Source: the human T2T-CHM13v2.0 reference genome, Homo sapiens
NCBI RefSeq assembly: GCF_009914755.1
Contig: NC_060940.1
Reading direction: 5' to 3' (one strand)
Length of the DNA stretch: 64,000 bases
The notes beneath the pieces are model-generated. The model was not told where the DNA came from. It worked only from the letters and a program-made list of their open reading frames with translations, and did no database searches. The position numbers and the translations under genes are program-made. Each line of letters begins with the position of its first letter. Within the stretch, counting starts at the first letter, position 1. Of the stretch, positions 12,643 to 28,300 are shown one piece after another.

Positions 12643-15600
12643 ATGATGATTCCATTCGCTTGCATTCGATGATGATTCCACTTGAGTCCGTTAGAAGATT
12701 CTATTCAATTACATTCCATGACGATTCCGTTCGAGTCCATTTGATGATTCCATTACACTCCATTCGACAATGATTCCATTCAATGTTATTCGATGATTCC
12801 ATTCGATCTCATTCGATGATGATTCCATTCAACTCCATTCGATGTTTCCATTCGAGTTCATTCTATTATTCCATTAGATTCCATTCGATGATGATTCCAT
12901 TCGATTCCATTTGATGATTGCATTCTATTTCATTTGATGATGATTCCATTCGAGTCCATTCGATGATTCCATTCGAGTCCATTTAATGAATCCATTGGTT
13001 TCAATTCTATGATGATTATATTGGATTCCATTCGTTGATGATTTCATTCGATTCCATTCAATGATGATTCCATTCAATTCCATTCAATGATTCCATTCAA
13101 TTCCATACGATGATGATTCCATTTGATTTGATTCGACAGTGAGCCATTCGATTCAATTCCATGATGATTCTATTTGATTCACTTGGTTGACATTTCCATT
13201 CGGTTCCATTCGATGATGATTCCATTTGATTCCATTCAAAGATGATTCCATTCTAGCCCATTCAATCATTCCATTCGATTCTATTCAATGATGATTCCAT
13301 TCATGTCGATTTGGTGATTCCATTTGACTTCATTTGATGATGATTCCTTTCAAGTTCATTAGATGATTCCATTCGATTCCATTTGATGATGATCCCATTC
13401 GAGTCCATTCAGTGATTCCACTCGTTTCCATTCCATGATGATTCCATTCCATTCCATTCAATGATTCCATTCGATTCCGTTTGATGATGATTTCATTCGA
13501 GTCCATTTGATGATTCCGTTTGATTCCATTCGATGATGATTCCATTCGAGTCCATTCGATGATTCTATTCGAATCCATTTGATGATTTCTTTTGATTATA
13601 TTTGGTGATGATTCCATTGGAGTCCATTCAATGATTCCATTCGATTCCAATCGATGGTGGTTCCATTAGAGTCCATTTAATGATTCCATTTGATTCCAGT
13701 CTCTGATGTTTACATTTGAGTCCATACGATGATTCCACTCAATTCCATATGATGATGATTCCATTCGATTCCATTCGATGATTCCATTCTATTCTATTCA
13801 ATGGTGATTCCATTCGAGTACATTAGATGATTCCATTCGATTCCATTCAATGATGATTCTACTTGTGTCCCTTAGATGATTCCACATGATTCCATTAGAT
13901 GATGATACTATTTGAGCCCATCCAATGATTCCCTTCGATTCCATTCGATGAGGATTCCATTCGATTCAATTCATTGGTGATTCTATTCAATTCAATTCTT
14001 TGATTCAATTCCATTCCATTCGACAATGATTCCATTCGATTTCTTTCGATGATTCCACTCAATTTCACTTGACATTGATTCCATTCGATTCCATTCAATG
14101 ATTCCATTTGATTCCAGTGGATGATGATTGCCGTCGATTCCATTCGATCACTCCATTCTGTTCCATTTGATGATGATTACATTCGATTCCATTTGATGAT
14201 TCCATCTGATTCTATTCGAGGATTCCATTTGATTCCATTCGATGATGATTCCATTCGAGTCCATTCGATGGTTTCATTCGAGTACATCCAATGATTCCAT
14301 TCGAGTCCATTTGATGATTCCATTTCATTCCATTTGATTATGATTCTACTAGAGTCCATTCAATGACTCCATTCGAGTCCATTCAACAGTTCCATCCGAG
14401 TCCATTCGATGATTCCATTCGATTCCATTTGATGATTCCATTCGAGTCCATTTAATCATTACAGTCGAGTCCATTTGGTGATTCCACTGGATTTCTTTTG
14501 ATAATGATACCATTCAATTACATTTGATGATGATCCCATTCAATTTCATTTGATGATGATTCCATTAGAGTCCATTCCCTGATTTCATTCGAGTCCCTTC
14601 ATTGATTCCATCCGATTTCATTTCATGATGACTCCATTCGAGTCCATTCGATGATTCCACTCGATTCCTTTAGATGATTCCATTGGAGTCCATTTGATTG
14701 TTCCATTCGATTCCATTCGATTCCTTTCGAAGATTATTCCATTTGAGTCCATTCGATGATGATTCCATTCCATTCCATTCGATGATTCCGTTTGATTCCA
14801 TTCGATGATTCCCTGCGATTCCTTTCTATGATGATTCCATTCCATTCCATTCAATGATTCCATTCGAATCTATTCCATGATGATTCCTTTCGATTCCATT
14901 CGCTGATGTTTCCGTTCAATTCCATTCGATGATGATTCCATTCGATTCCATTCATTGAGGATTCCATTGGATTCCATTCAATGTTGATTCCATTCTATTC
15001 CATTCAATGATTGCATTCAATTCCATTCAATGATTATGCCATTAGAGTAAATTCAACGATTCCATTCAATACCATTCGATGATGATTCCTTTTGAGTCCA
15101 TTCAATGATTTCATTCAAGTCCATTTGATGATTCCTTTCAATTCCATTCCATGATGATTCCATTCGAGTCCATTCGATGATTCCATTCGATTGCATTCGA
15201 TGATTCCATTATATTCCATTCAACGATGATTCCATTCGAGTCCATTCGATGATTCCATTAGAGTACATTTAATGATTGCTTTGTTTTCAATTCGAAGATG
15301 ATTACATTGGATTCCATTCTATGATTCCATTCGATTGCATTCATTGATGATTCCACCCAATTCCATTCGATGATGATTCCATTCGATTTCAATGATTCTA
15401 CTCGATTCCATTCAATGATGATTCGATTCTATTCCGTTTGATGATTCCATTAGATTCCATTCTATGATGATTCCATTCGAGTCCATTCGAAGATTTCATT
15501 CGATTACATTCCATGACGATTCCATTCGAGTCCATTCGATGATTCCATTTGAATCCATTCGACGATGATTCCATTTGATGCTATTCGATGATTCCATTGG

Positions 15601-18600
15601 ATTCCATTCGATGATGATTCCATTCGACTTGATTTGATGTTTCTATTTGAGTCCATTCGGTTATTTTATTAGACTACATTCGATGATGATTCCATTCGAT
15701 GCCATTCAATGATTCCATTTGATTCCACTCAATGATGATTGCATTCGTGTCCATTCGATGATTCCATTTGGTTCCATTTGATGATGATTCCATTCGAGTC
15801 CATTCGATGATACCATTCAATTCCATTCGATGATCATTCCATTCGAATCCATTTGATGATTCCACTCAATTCCATTTGATGACTCCTTTCATTCCCATTC
15901 GATGATTCCCTTCAGTTCCAATTGGATGATCTTTCCATTTGATTCAATATGGTGACTCCATTCTATTATATTCAATGATGATTCCATTCGACTCCATTAG
16001 ATGATGACTCCATTCCATTCCATTCGATTGTGATTTCATTCGATTCCATTCGAAGATGATTCCATTCGAGTCCATTTGATGATTCCATTCGATTCCATTC
16101 AATGATGATTCCACTCAAATCCATTGGATGATTCCATTCGTTTCCAATTGGTGATTTCATTAGATTCCATTCGAGGATGATTCTATTCGAGTCCATTCAA
16201 TGATTCCATTGGATTCCGTTTGATAATGATTCCATTAGAGTTCATTCGATGATTCCCTTCGAGTCCATTCGATTATTTCTTTTGATTCCATTTGATGATG
16301 ATTCCATTCGATTCCATTCAATGATTCCATTCCATTCCATTCGATGATGATTCCATTCGATAATGATTACATTCGAGCCCATGTGATGATTCCATTAGAT
16401 TCTATTCAATGATGATTCCATTCGACCACATTCGATGATGGCATTCGAGTCCATTCGATGATTTCACTCGATTCCACTTGATGATGATTCCTTTTGAGTC
16501 CATTTGATGATTACATTCGAGTCCATGAGATGACTCCATTCGATTCCATTTCATGATGATGCAATTCGAGGCTATTCGATCATCCCATTTTAGTGCATTC
16601 GGTGATTCTCTTTTATTACATTCGATGAGGGCTCCATTCGAGTCCATTCAATGATTCCATTAGATTCCACTCGATGATGATTCCATTTGAGTCCATTCAA
16701 AGATTCCTTTCGAGTCCATTCGATAATTCTATTGGATTCCACTAGGTGATGATTCCTTTCGAGTCAATTCGATGATTCCTTTCAAGTGCCTTCAATGATT
16801 CCATTCGATTCCATTCGATGACGATTCATTTCAAGTCCATTCAATGGTTCCATTCTGTTGAATTTGATGGTTCCATTTGATTCCATTCGATGATGATTCC
16901 ATTCGTGTCCATTGGATGATTCCATTCGATTCCTTTCGAGGAAGATTCCATTCGACTCCATTCGATGATTCCGTTCGATTCCATTCCATGATGATTCCAT
17001 TTGATTCCATTCCATGATTCCATTCGATACCATTCGATGATGATTCCATTCGACTCCATTTGATGAATCCATTCAATGCTTCCATTCGAGTCCATTCGAT
17101 GATTCCATTCGATTCCATTCCATGAAGATTCCATTCGAGTACATTTGATGATTCCATTTAATTCCATAGGATGATGATTCTATTAGGGTCCGTTGACTAT
17201 TCCATTCAATTCCATTCGAAGACTCCATTCGAGTCCACTCGATGATTCTATTTGATTCCATTTGATAATTCCATTCGATTCCATTTGATGTTGATTCCAT
17301 TCGAGTCCATTCGATCATTATTACATTTGATTCTATTCGATGATTCCATTCGATTCCATTTGATGAGGATTCCATTCGAGACCATTTGATGATTCCATTC
17401 AATTCCATTGGATGATTCCAATATTTTCCATTAGATGATGATTCCATTCGATTCCATTCAATGATGATTCCATCAGAATCCATTCGATGATGACTCCTTT
17501 TGCTTCCATTCAATGATCATTACATTCGGTTCCATTCGATGATGATTCCTTTGGATTCCATTCGATGATGCTTCCATTCGATTCCATTTGATGATGATTC
17601 TTTTCGATTCCATTTGATGATGATTCCATTTGATTCCATTCGATGGTGATTCCATTTGATGATTCCATTCGATTGTATTCGATGATGATTCCACTCGATT
17701 CTATTTGATGATGACTGCATTCGATTCCATTTGATGATTCCATTTGATTCCATTCGATGATGATTCTGATCAATTGCATTCGATGATCCATTCGATTCCA
17801 TTTGATGGTTCCATTTGATTCCATTTGATAATGATTCCTTTCGAGTCCATTCGATGATTCCATTTGCGGATATTCGATAATTCCATTTGAGTCCAACCGA
17901 TGATTCCATTCGAGGCCATTCAATCATTCTTTTTGAGTCCTTTCGATAAAGATTCCATTTTAGTCCATTCAATAATTCCACTGGAGTCCATTCGATGATT
18001 GCTTTTAATTCCATTCGATGATATTCCATTCGAGTCCATTCGATGATTCCATTCGTTGCTATTAGATGATGATTCCATTCATGACCATTTGGTGATTCCA
18101 TTCGATTTCATTCGTTGATGATTCCATTCGAGTCCATTCCATGATTCCATTCAAGTCCATTTGATGATTTCTTTGAATTCAATTCGATGATGATTCCATT
18201 CGAGTCCATTCGATGATTCCATTCAGTTCCATTCGATGATGATTCCTTTCGAGACCATATGATGATTCCATTTGATTTCATTCGATGATGATTCCATTCG
18301 ATTCCATTCGATGATTCCATTCTATTCCATTCGATGATGATTCCATTCGAGTCCATTTAATGATTCCATTGGGTTCAATTCAATGATGATTACATTGGAT
18401 TCTCTTCTATGATACCATTCAATTCCGTTCATTGACAATTTGATTCCATTCGATGATGATTCCATTTGAGTTCATTTGATGATTCTATTCGATTCTCTTC
18501 GATGGTGATTCAATTCTATTATATTGGATGATTCCATTCGATTCCATTTGATGTTGATTCAATTCGATTCTATTCGATGATGATTCCATTGGATTTCATT

Positions 18601-21600
18601 TGATGATTCTATTCGATTCCATTCAATGATGATTCACTTCTCGTCCATTGGATGATTCCATTTCATTCCATTCGATGATGATTCCATTCGATTCCATTCG
18701 ATGATTCCATTTGATTCCATTCGACGGTGAGCAATTCGATTCAATTCCATGATGATTCTATTTGATTCAGTTAGATGATGTTTCCATTCGAATCCATTCC
18801 ATGATTATTCCATTGGAATCCATTCGGCGATGATTCCATATGAGTCAATTCAATGATGCTTCCATATGGGTCAGTTCGATGATAATTCCATTTGATTTCA
18901 TTCGATGCTTCTATTCAATTCCAGTCGATGATGATTCCGTTGGAGTCCATACGATGACTCCATTTGATTTCATTTGATGATGATTCCATTCGATTCCATT
19001 CGATGACTCCATTCTGTTCCATTCGATGATGATTCCATTCGAGTCCATTCGATGATTCCATTCGAGTCCATTTCATGATTCCATTGGGTTCAATTCGATG
19101 ATGATTACACTGGATTCCATTCTATGATTCCATTCAGTTCCATTCGTTGATGATTCGATTCCATTCAATGATGATTCCATTTGAGTTCATTCGATGATTC
19201 TATTCGATTCCGTTCGATGGTGATTCAATTCTATTATATTGGATGATTCCATTCGATTCCATTTGATGATGATTCCATTCGATTCCATTCGATGATGATT
19301 CCATTTGATTCCATTTGATGTTGATTCTATTCGATTCTATTCAATGATGATTCCATTCGATTTCATTTGATGATTCTATTGGATTCCTTTCGATGATTCT
19401 ATTCCATTCCATTCGATGATGATTCAATTCTCTTCCATTGGATGATTCCATTTTATTCCATTCGACGATGACTCCATTTGATTCCATTCAATGATGATTC
19501 CATTCGATTCCATTCGGTGATTCCATTTGATTCCATTCGACGGTGAGCAATTTGATTCAATTCCATAATGATTCTATTTGATTCAATTAGATGATGTTTC
19601 CATTCGAATCCATTCGGTGATGATTCCATTGGTATCCATTCGACGATGATTCCATATGAGTCAATTCGATGATGATTCCATACGAGTCCGTTGGATGATA
19701 ATTCCATTTGATTTCATTCAATCCTTCTATTCGATTCCATTTGATGATGATTCCATCTGAATCCATTCTCCGATTCCATTCGATTTCATTCGATGCTTCT
19801 ATTTGATTTCATTCGAAGATGATTCCTTTCAATTCCGTTCATTAATTCCATTTGATTCCATTCGATGATGATTCCATCCGATTCCATTGGATGATGATTC
19901 CATTCGAGTCCATTCGATGATTCCGTTCTAATCCATTCTATGATTCCATTCGAGTCCATTCGATGATTCCATTCGATTCCATTCAGTGATGATTCCATTT
20001 GATTCCATCTGATGATGATTTCATTTGATTCCATTCGATGATGATTCCATTGGAGTCCATTGAATGATTCAACTCAATTCCATTCCATGTGGATTCCATT
20101 CGAATTCATTCGATTATTCCATTCAAATCCCTTCGTTGATTCCATCTGATTCCACTTGACGATGATTCCATTCAAGTCCAATCGATGATTCCATTCGGTT
20201 CCATTCAATGATTCCATTCGAGTCCATTTATGTATTATATTCGTGTCCACTTGATGACTCCATTCAATTCCATTTAATGATGATTCCATTTGATTCCATT
20301 TGATGATTCAGTTCGATTCCTTACAATGATTCCCTACGATTCCTTTCTATGATGATTCCATTCGATTCCATTCATTGATGATTCCATTCGACTCCATTCA
20401 ATGATGATTCCTTTCGATTCCATTTGACGATGTTTCCATTTGAGTCCATTCGATGATGATTCCATTGGTATCCATTCGACGATGATTCCATATGAGTCAA
20501 TTCGATGATGATTCCATACGAGTCCGTTGGATGATAATTCCATTTGATTTCATTCAATCCTTCTATTCGATTCCATTTGATGATGATTCCATCTGAATCC
20601 ATTCTCCGATTCCATTCGATTTCATTCGATGCTTCTATTTGATTTCATTCGAAGATGATTCCTTTCAATTCCATTCATTAATTCCATTTGATTCCATTCG
20701 ATGATGATTCCATCCGATTCCATTGGATGATGATTCCACTCGAGTCCATTCGATGATTCCGTTCTAATCCATTCTATGATTCCATTCGAGTCCATTCGAT
20801 GATTCCATTCGATTCCATTCAGTGATGATTCCATTTGATTCCATCTGATGATGATTTCATTTGATTCCATTCGATGATGATTCCATTGGAGTCCATTGAA
20901 TGATTCAATTCAATTCCATTCCATGTGGATTCCATTCGAATTCATTCGATTATTCCATTCAAATCCCTTCGTTGATTCCATCTGATTCCACTTGACGATG
21001 ATTCCATTCAAGTCCAATCGATGATTCCATTCGGTTCCATTCAATGATTCCATTCGAGTCCATTTATGTATTATATTCGTGTCCACTTGATGACTCACTC
21101 CATTCAATTCCATTTAATGATGATTCCATTTGATTCCATTTGATGATTCAGTTCGATTCCTTACAATGATTCCCTACGATTCCTTTCTATGATGATTCCA
21201 TTCGATTCCATTCATTGATGATTCCATTCGACTCCATTCAATGATGATTCCTTTCGATTCCATTTGACGATGTTTCCATTTGAGTCCATTCGATGATGAT
21301 TCAATTCAGTTCTGTTCTATTATGAATCCATTCGATTTCATTCAATGCTTCTATTTGATTCCATTCGACGATGATTCCATCTCTTTCCCTTCGATGATTC
21401 CATTTGATTCCATTCAGTGATGATTCCATTTGATTCCATCTGATGATGATTTCACTTGATTCATTTCAATGATGATTCCATTCAAGTCCATTCGATGATT
21501 CCATTGGAGTCCAAACGATCATTCCATTCGATTCCATTCAATGATGATTCCATTCATGTCCATTCAATGAATCCTTTCAATTCCATTCGATGATGACTCC

Positions 21601-24600
21601 ATTCGAGTACATTCGATGATTCCATTTGATTCCATCTGATGATGATTACATTCAATTCCATTCGAAGATGATTCCATTCAATTCCACTTGATGATGATTC
21701 CGTATGAATCCATTCGCTGATTATTCCATTCGATTCCATTCATTGACGATTCCATTCGATTCCATTCAATGATGATTCTCTTCTATTGCATTCGATGATT
21801 CCGTTCGATTCCATTCGATGATGATTCCATTAGATTCCATTCGATTGTTGCATTCGATTCCCTTCGATGATGATTCCTTTGAATTCCATTCGATTATGAT
21901 TCCGTATGAATCCATTTGATGATTATTCCATTGGATTCCTTTCGATGATGATTCCATTCGATTCCATTTGATGATGTTTCTCATGTATTCCATTTGATAA
22001 TTCCTTTCAATTCCCTTCGATGATGATTCTTTCGAGTCAATTCGATGATTCTATTCCATTCCCTTCGATGATGATTCCATTTCACTCCATTCGATGATTC
22101 CATTCGATTCAATTTGGTGATGATTCAATTCGATGACATTCGATGACTCCATTCAATTTCATTTGATGATGATTACATTCGAGTCCATTTGATGATTGTA
22201 TTCCTTTCCTTTTGATGATTATTCCATTCGTGTCTATTCAAAGATTCCATTCTATTCCATTCAATGATGATTCCAATTGATTCCATTCAATGATTATGGC
22301 TATCGATTCCACTCGTTGATTCCATTTGATTCCATTCGATGATTATTCCGTTAGATTCCATTAGGAGATTCCATTCGATTTTATTCAATGATTCCAATTG
22401 ATTCCATTCAATGATGATTCCATTCGACTCCATTCAGTGATTCCATTTGAGTCCATTTGATGATTCCATTCGAGTCCATTTGATGATTCCATTCTTTTCC
22501 ATTTGATGATGATTCCATTAGGGTCCATTCAATGATTCCATTCGAGTCCATTCGTTAATGCCTTTCGAGTCCTTTTGATCACTACATTCGAGTCCATTCA
22601 ATGATTCTATTCGATTCCATTCCATGATGATTCCATTCGAGTTCATTCGATGATTGCATTCGAGTCCATTTGATGATTCCATAAGATTCCATTCGACAAT
22701 GATTCCATTCGTGTCCATTTGATGATTCCATTCATTTCCTATCGATGAAGATTCCATTCGAGTGTATTCGATGATTCCATTCAAATCCATTCGATGATGA
22801 TTCCATTCCAGTCCATTCGATCATTCCACTTGATTCCATTTGATGACTATTCCATTCAAATCCATTTGATGATTCCATTCGATTCCATTCGATGTTACCA
22901 TTCCAGTATATACGATGATTCCACTCGATTCCATTTGATGATTATTCCATTGGAGTCGACTTAGTGAATCCTTTAGATTCTACTCGAAGATGATTCCATT
23001 CGAGTCCATTCGATGATACCATTCAATTCCATTCGTTGATGCTTCCATTCAAGTGCATTCGATGATATCATTCGATTCCATTTGATGATAATTCCATTTG
23101 ATTCCATGTGATGATTCTATTCCATTCCATTCAATGATAATTCCATTCAATTCAGTGATTCCTCTGGACTCCATTTGATGATGATTCCATTCAATGATTC
23201 CATTCGATTCTATTCGAAAATGATTCCATTTGAATCCATTTGATGATGATTCCATTCGATTCCATTTGATGATTCCATTCGATTCCATTCGACGATGATT
23301 CCATTCGATTCCATTTGATGATTCCATTCTATTCTATTCGATGATGATTCCATTCGATTCCATTCGATGATGATTGGATTCGATTCCATTTGATGATTTC
23401 ATTTGATTCCATTCGATGATGATTTCGATCAATTCCATTCGATGATTCCATTCGATTCCATTTGATAATGATTACATCCGAGTCCATTCGATGATTCCAT
23501 TTGAGCCCGTTCGATAATTCCATTTGAGTCCAATCAATGATTCCATTCATTTCCATTCAATGATTCCATTCGAGTCCATTTGATCATTCCGGTAGGGTCC
23601 GTTCGACGTTGATTCCATTGGAGTGCATTCGATGATTCCATTCGAGTCCATTTTAGGATTTGATTCGAGTCCTTTCGATGATTCCATTCGATTCCACTCG
23701 ATGCGATGATGATTTCATTCGAGTCCATTCGACACTTCCAATCGATTCCATTTGATGTTTCCATTCGAGTCCAATTGATGATTCCATTCAATTCCATTCG
23801 ATGATGATTCCGTACGATTCCATTCTGTGATGATTCCATGTGATTGCATTCAATGATGATTCCTTTCGATTGCATTCGATTATGATTCATTTCGTGTTCA
23901 TTCTATGGTTCCACAGGTTTCACATCGTGTCCATTCCATTATTCCATTCTATTCCATTTGATGATGATTCCATTCGATTCCATTCATTGGTGATTCCACT
24001 CAATTCCATTCAATGATTCCATTCCATTTCTTTCAACAATGATTCCATTAGTTTCTAATCGATGATGCACTTGATTCCATTTGACGATGATTCCATTCTT
24101 GTCCATTCGATGATTCCATTTGATTCCATATGATGATGATTCCATTCGATTCCATACGATGATTATTCCATTCGAGTCCATTCAATGGTGATTCCATTCA
24201 ATTCCATTCGATGATTCCTTTCGATTCCATTTGATGATGATGGCATTCGATTCCTTTCAATCATTCCCTTTGATTCCACTCAAAGGTGATTTCATTCAAG
24301 TCCATTCGATAATTGCATTCGATTCCATTCTATGATGATTCCATTCGAGTCCATTTGATGATTCCATTCAATTCAAGTCAATGATGATTCCATTCGATTC
24401 CATTCGATGATTCCATTGGATTCCATTCGATGATGATTCCATTCAAATCCATTCGATAATTCAATTCACGTCCATTCGATGATGATTCCAATCGAATCCA
24501 TTCAAAGATTCCATTCAATTCCATTCGATGATTCCCTTAGATTCCATTCGATGATTCCACTTGATTCCATTTACGATGATTCCATTCGATTCCATGTGAT

Positions 24601-25307
24601 GATTCCATTCAATTCTATTCAATGATGTTTCCATTTGATTCCATTCGACCATGATTGCCTTTGATTCCATTCAATGATTCCATTCGGTTCCGTTTGATGA
24701 TGATTCCGTTCGATTCCATTTGATGATTCCATTTGATTCCATTGGATGAGTCCATTCGATTACATTCGATGATTATTCCATTCGAGTGCATTAGATGATT
24801 CCATTCGAGTCCATTCGATGATTCCATTCGAGTCCATTCGATGATTCCATTCGATTCCATTCGATGTTGATTCTGTTCAAATCCATTCGATGATTCCACT
24901 CGATTCCATTCGATGACTCCATTTGATCCCATTCGATGATTTCCTTTGATTCCCTTTGATGATCATTCCATTTGATTCAATTCGGTGATTTCATTTGATT
25001 CCATTCAGTGATGTTTCCATTCGACTCCATTCGATGATGATTCCATTCGACTACATTCGATTATGATTTCATTCAATTCCATTCGATAATGATTCCCTTC
25101 GAGTCCAATCGATGATTCCATTCGATTCCATTCAACGATGATTTGATTCGTGTCCATTCGATGATTCCATTTGATTCCACTTGATGAGGATTCCATTCGA
25201 GTCCATTTGATGATTCCATTCAATTCCATTCTCCGATGATTTCTTTTGAGCCCATTCAATGCTTCCACTCGATTACATATGATGATGACTCCATTCGATG
25301 AAACTCG
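12643..25307 (+). repeat. Higher-order repeat unit 2 (type A, 12,665 bp)
   Basis: Landmark at 12651 and 25316. Spurious ORF translations are essentially identical at +12665 (13330->25995, 17520->30185). Confidence 0.95.
19619..21300 (+). repeat. Internal tandem duplication of ~836/840 bp in unit 2
   Basis: Identical spurious ORFs at 19786 and 20622 (offset 836), with the same landmarks as unit 1 at +12665. Confidence 0.9.
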
Positions 25308-28300
25308 ATGATGATTCCATTCGCTTGCATTCGATGATGATTCCACTTGAGTCCGTTAGAAGATTCTATTCAATTACATTCCATGACGATTCTGTTCGAG
25401 TCCATTTGATGATTCCATTACACTCCATTCGACAATGATTCCATTCAATGTTATTCGATGATTCCATTTGATCTCATTCGATGATGATTCCATTCAAGTC
25501 CATTCGATGTTTCCATTCGAGTTCATTCTATTATTCCATTAGATTCCATTCGATGATGATTCCATTCGATTCCATTTGATGATTGCATTCTATTTCATTT
25601 GATGATGATTCCATTCGAGTCCATTCGATGATTCCATTCGAGTCCATTTAATGAATCCATTGGTTTCAATTCTATGATGATTATATTGGATTCCATTCGT
25701 TGATGATTTCATTCGATTCCATTCAATGATGATTCCATTCAATTCCATTCAATGATTCCATTCAATTCCATACGATGATGATTCCATTTGATTTGATTCG
25801 ACAGTGAGCCATTCGATTCAATTCCATGATGATTCTGTTTGATTCACTTGGTTGACATTTCCATTCGATTCCATTCGATGATGATTCCATTTGATTCCAT
25901 TCAAAGATGATTCCATTCTAGCCCATTCAATCATTCCATTCGATTCTATTCAATGATGATTCCATTCATGTCGATTTGGTGATTCCATTTGACTTCATTT
26001 GATGATGATTCCTTTCAAGTTCATTAGATGATTCCATTCGATTCCATTTGATGATGATCCCATTCGAGTCCATTCAGTGATTCCACTCGTTTCCATTCCA
26101 TGATGATTCCATTCCATTCCATTCAATGATTCCATTCGATTCCGTTTGATGATGATTTCATTCGAGTCCATTTGATGATTCCATTTGATTCCATTCGATG
26201 ATGATTCCATTCGAGTCCATTCGATGATTCTATTCGAATCCATTTGATGATTTCTTTTGATTATATTTGGTGATGATTCCATTGGAGTCCATTCAATGAT
26301 TCCATTCGATTCCAATCGATGGTGGTTCCATTAGAGTCCATTTAATGATTCCATTTGATTCCAGTCTCTGATGTTTACATTCGAGTCCATACGATGATTC
26401 CACTCAATTCCATATGATGATGATTCCATTCGATTCCATTCGATGATTCCATTCTATTCTATTCAATGGTGATTCCATTCGAGTACATTAGATGATTCCA
26501 TTCGATTCCATTCAATGATGATTCTATTTGTGTCCCTTAGATGATTCCACATGATTCCATTAGATGATGATACTATTTGAGCCCATCCAATGATTCCCTT
26601 CGATTCCATTCGATGAGGATTCCATTCGATTCAATTCATTGGTGATTCTATTCAATTCAATTCTTTGATTCAATTCCATTCCATTCGACAATGATTCCAT
26701 TCGATTTCTTTCGATGATTCCACTCAATTTCACTTGACATTGATTCCATTCGATTCCATTCAATGATTCCATTTGATTCCAGTGGATGATGATTGCCGTC
26801 GATTCCATTCGATCACTCCATTCTGTTCCATTTGATGATGATTACATTGGATTCCATTTGATGATTCCATCTGATTCTATTCGAGGATTCCATTTGATTC
26901 CATTCGATGATGATTCCATTCGAGTCCATTCGATGGTTTCATTCGAGTACATCCAATGATTCCATTCGAGTCCATTTGATGATTCCATTTCATTCCATTT
27001 GATTATGATTCTACTAGAGTCCATTCAATGACTCCATTCGAGTCCATTCAACAGTTCCATCCGAGTCCATTCGATGATTCCATTCGATTCCATTTGATGA
27101 TTCCATTCGAGTCCATTTAATCATTACAGTCGAGTCCATTTGGTGATTCCACTGGATTTCTTTTGATAATGATACCATTCAATTACATTTGATGATGATC
27201 CCATTCAATTTCATTTGATGATGATTCCATTAGAGTCCATTCCATGATTTCATTCGAGTCCCTTCATTGATTCCATCCGATTTCATTTCATGATGACTCC
27301 ATTCGAGTCCATTCGATGATTCCACTCGATTCCTTTAGATGATTCCATTGGAGTCCATTTGATTGTTCCATTCGATTCCATTCGATTCCTTTCGAAGATT
27401 ATTCCATTTGAGTCCATTCGATGATGATTCCATTCCATTCCATTCGATGATTCCGTTTGATTCCATTCGATGATTCCCTGCGATTCCTTTCTATGATGAT
27501 TCCATTCCATTCCATTCAATGATTCCATTCGAATCTATTCCATGATGATTCCTTTCGATTCCATTCGCTGATGTTTCCGTTCAATTCCATTCGATGATGA
27601 TTCCATTCGATTCCATTCATTGAGGATTCCATTGGATTCCATTCAATGTTGATTCCATTCTATTCCATTCAATGATTGCATTCAATTCCATTCAATGATT
27701 ATGCCATTAGAGTAAATTCAACGATTCCATTCAATACCATTCGATGATGATTCCTTTTGAGTCCATTCAATGATTTCATTCAAGTCCATTTGATGATTCC
27801 TTTCAATTCCATTCCATGATGATTCCATTCGAGTCCATTCGATGATTCCATTCGATTGCATTCGATGATTCCATTATATTCCATTCAACGATGATTCCAT
27901 TCGAGTCCATTCGATGATTCCATTAGAGTACATTTAATGATTGCTTTGTTTTCAATTCGAAGATGATTACATTGGATTCCATTCTATGATTCCATTCGAT
28001 TGCATTCATTGATGATTCCACCCAATTCCATTCGATGATGATTCCATTCGATTTCAATGATTCTACTCGATTCCATTCAATGATGATTCGATTCTATTCC
28101 GTTTGATGATTCCATTAGATTCCATTCTATGATGATTCCATTCGAGTCCATTCGAAGATTTCATTCGATTACATTCCATGACGATTCCATTCGAGTCCAT
28201 TCGATGATTCCATTTGAATCCATTCGACGATGATTCCATTTGATGCTATTCGATGATTCCATTGGATTCCATTCGATGATGATTCCATTCGACTTGATTT

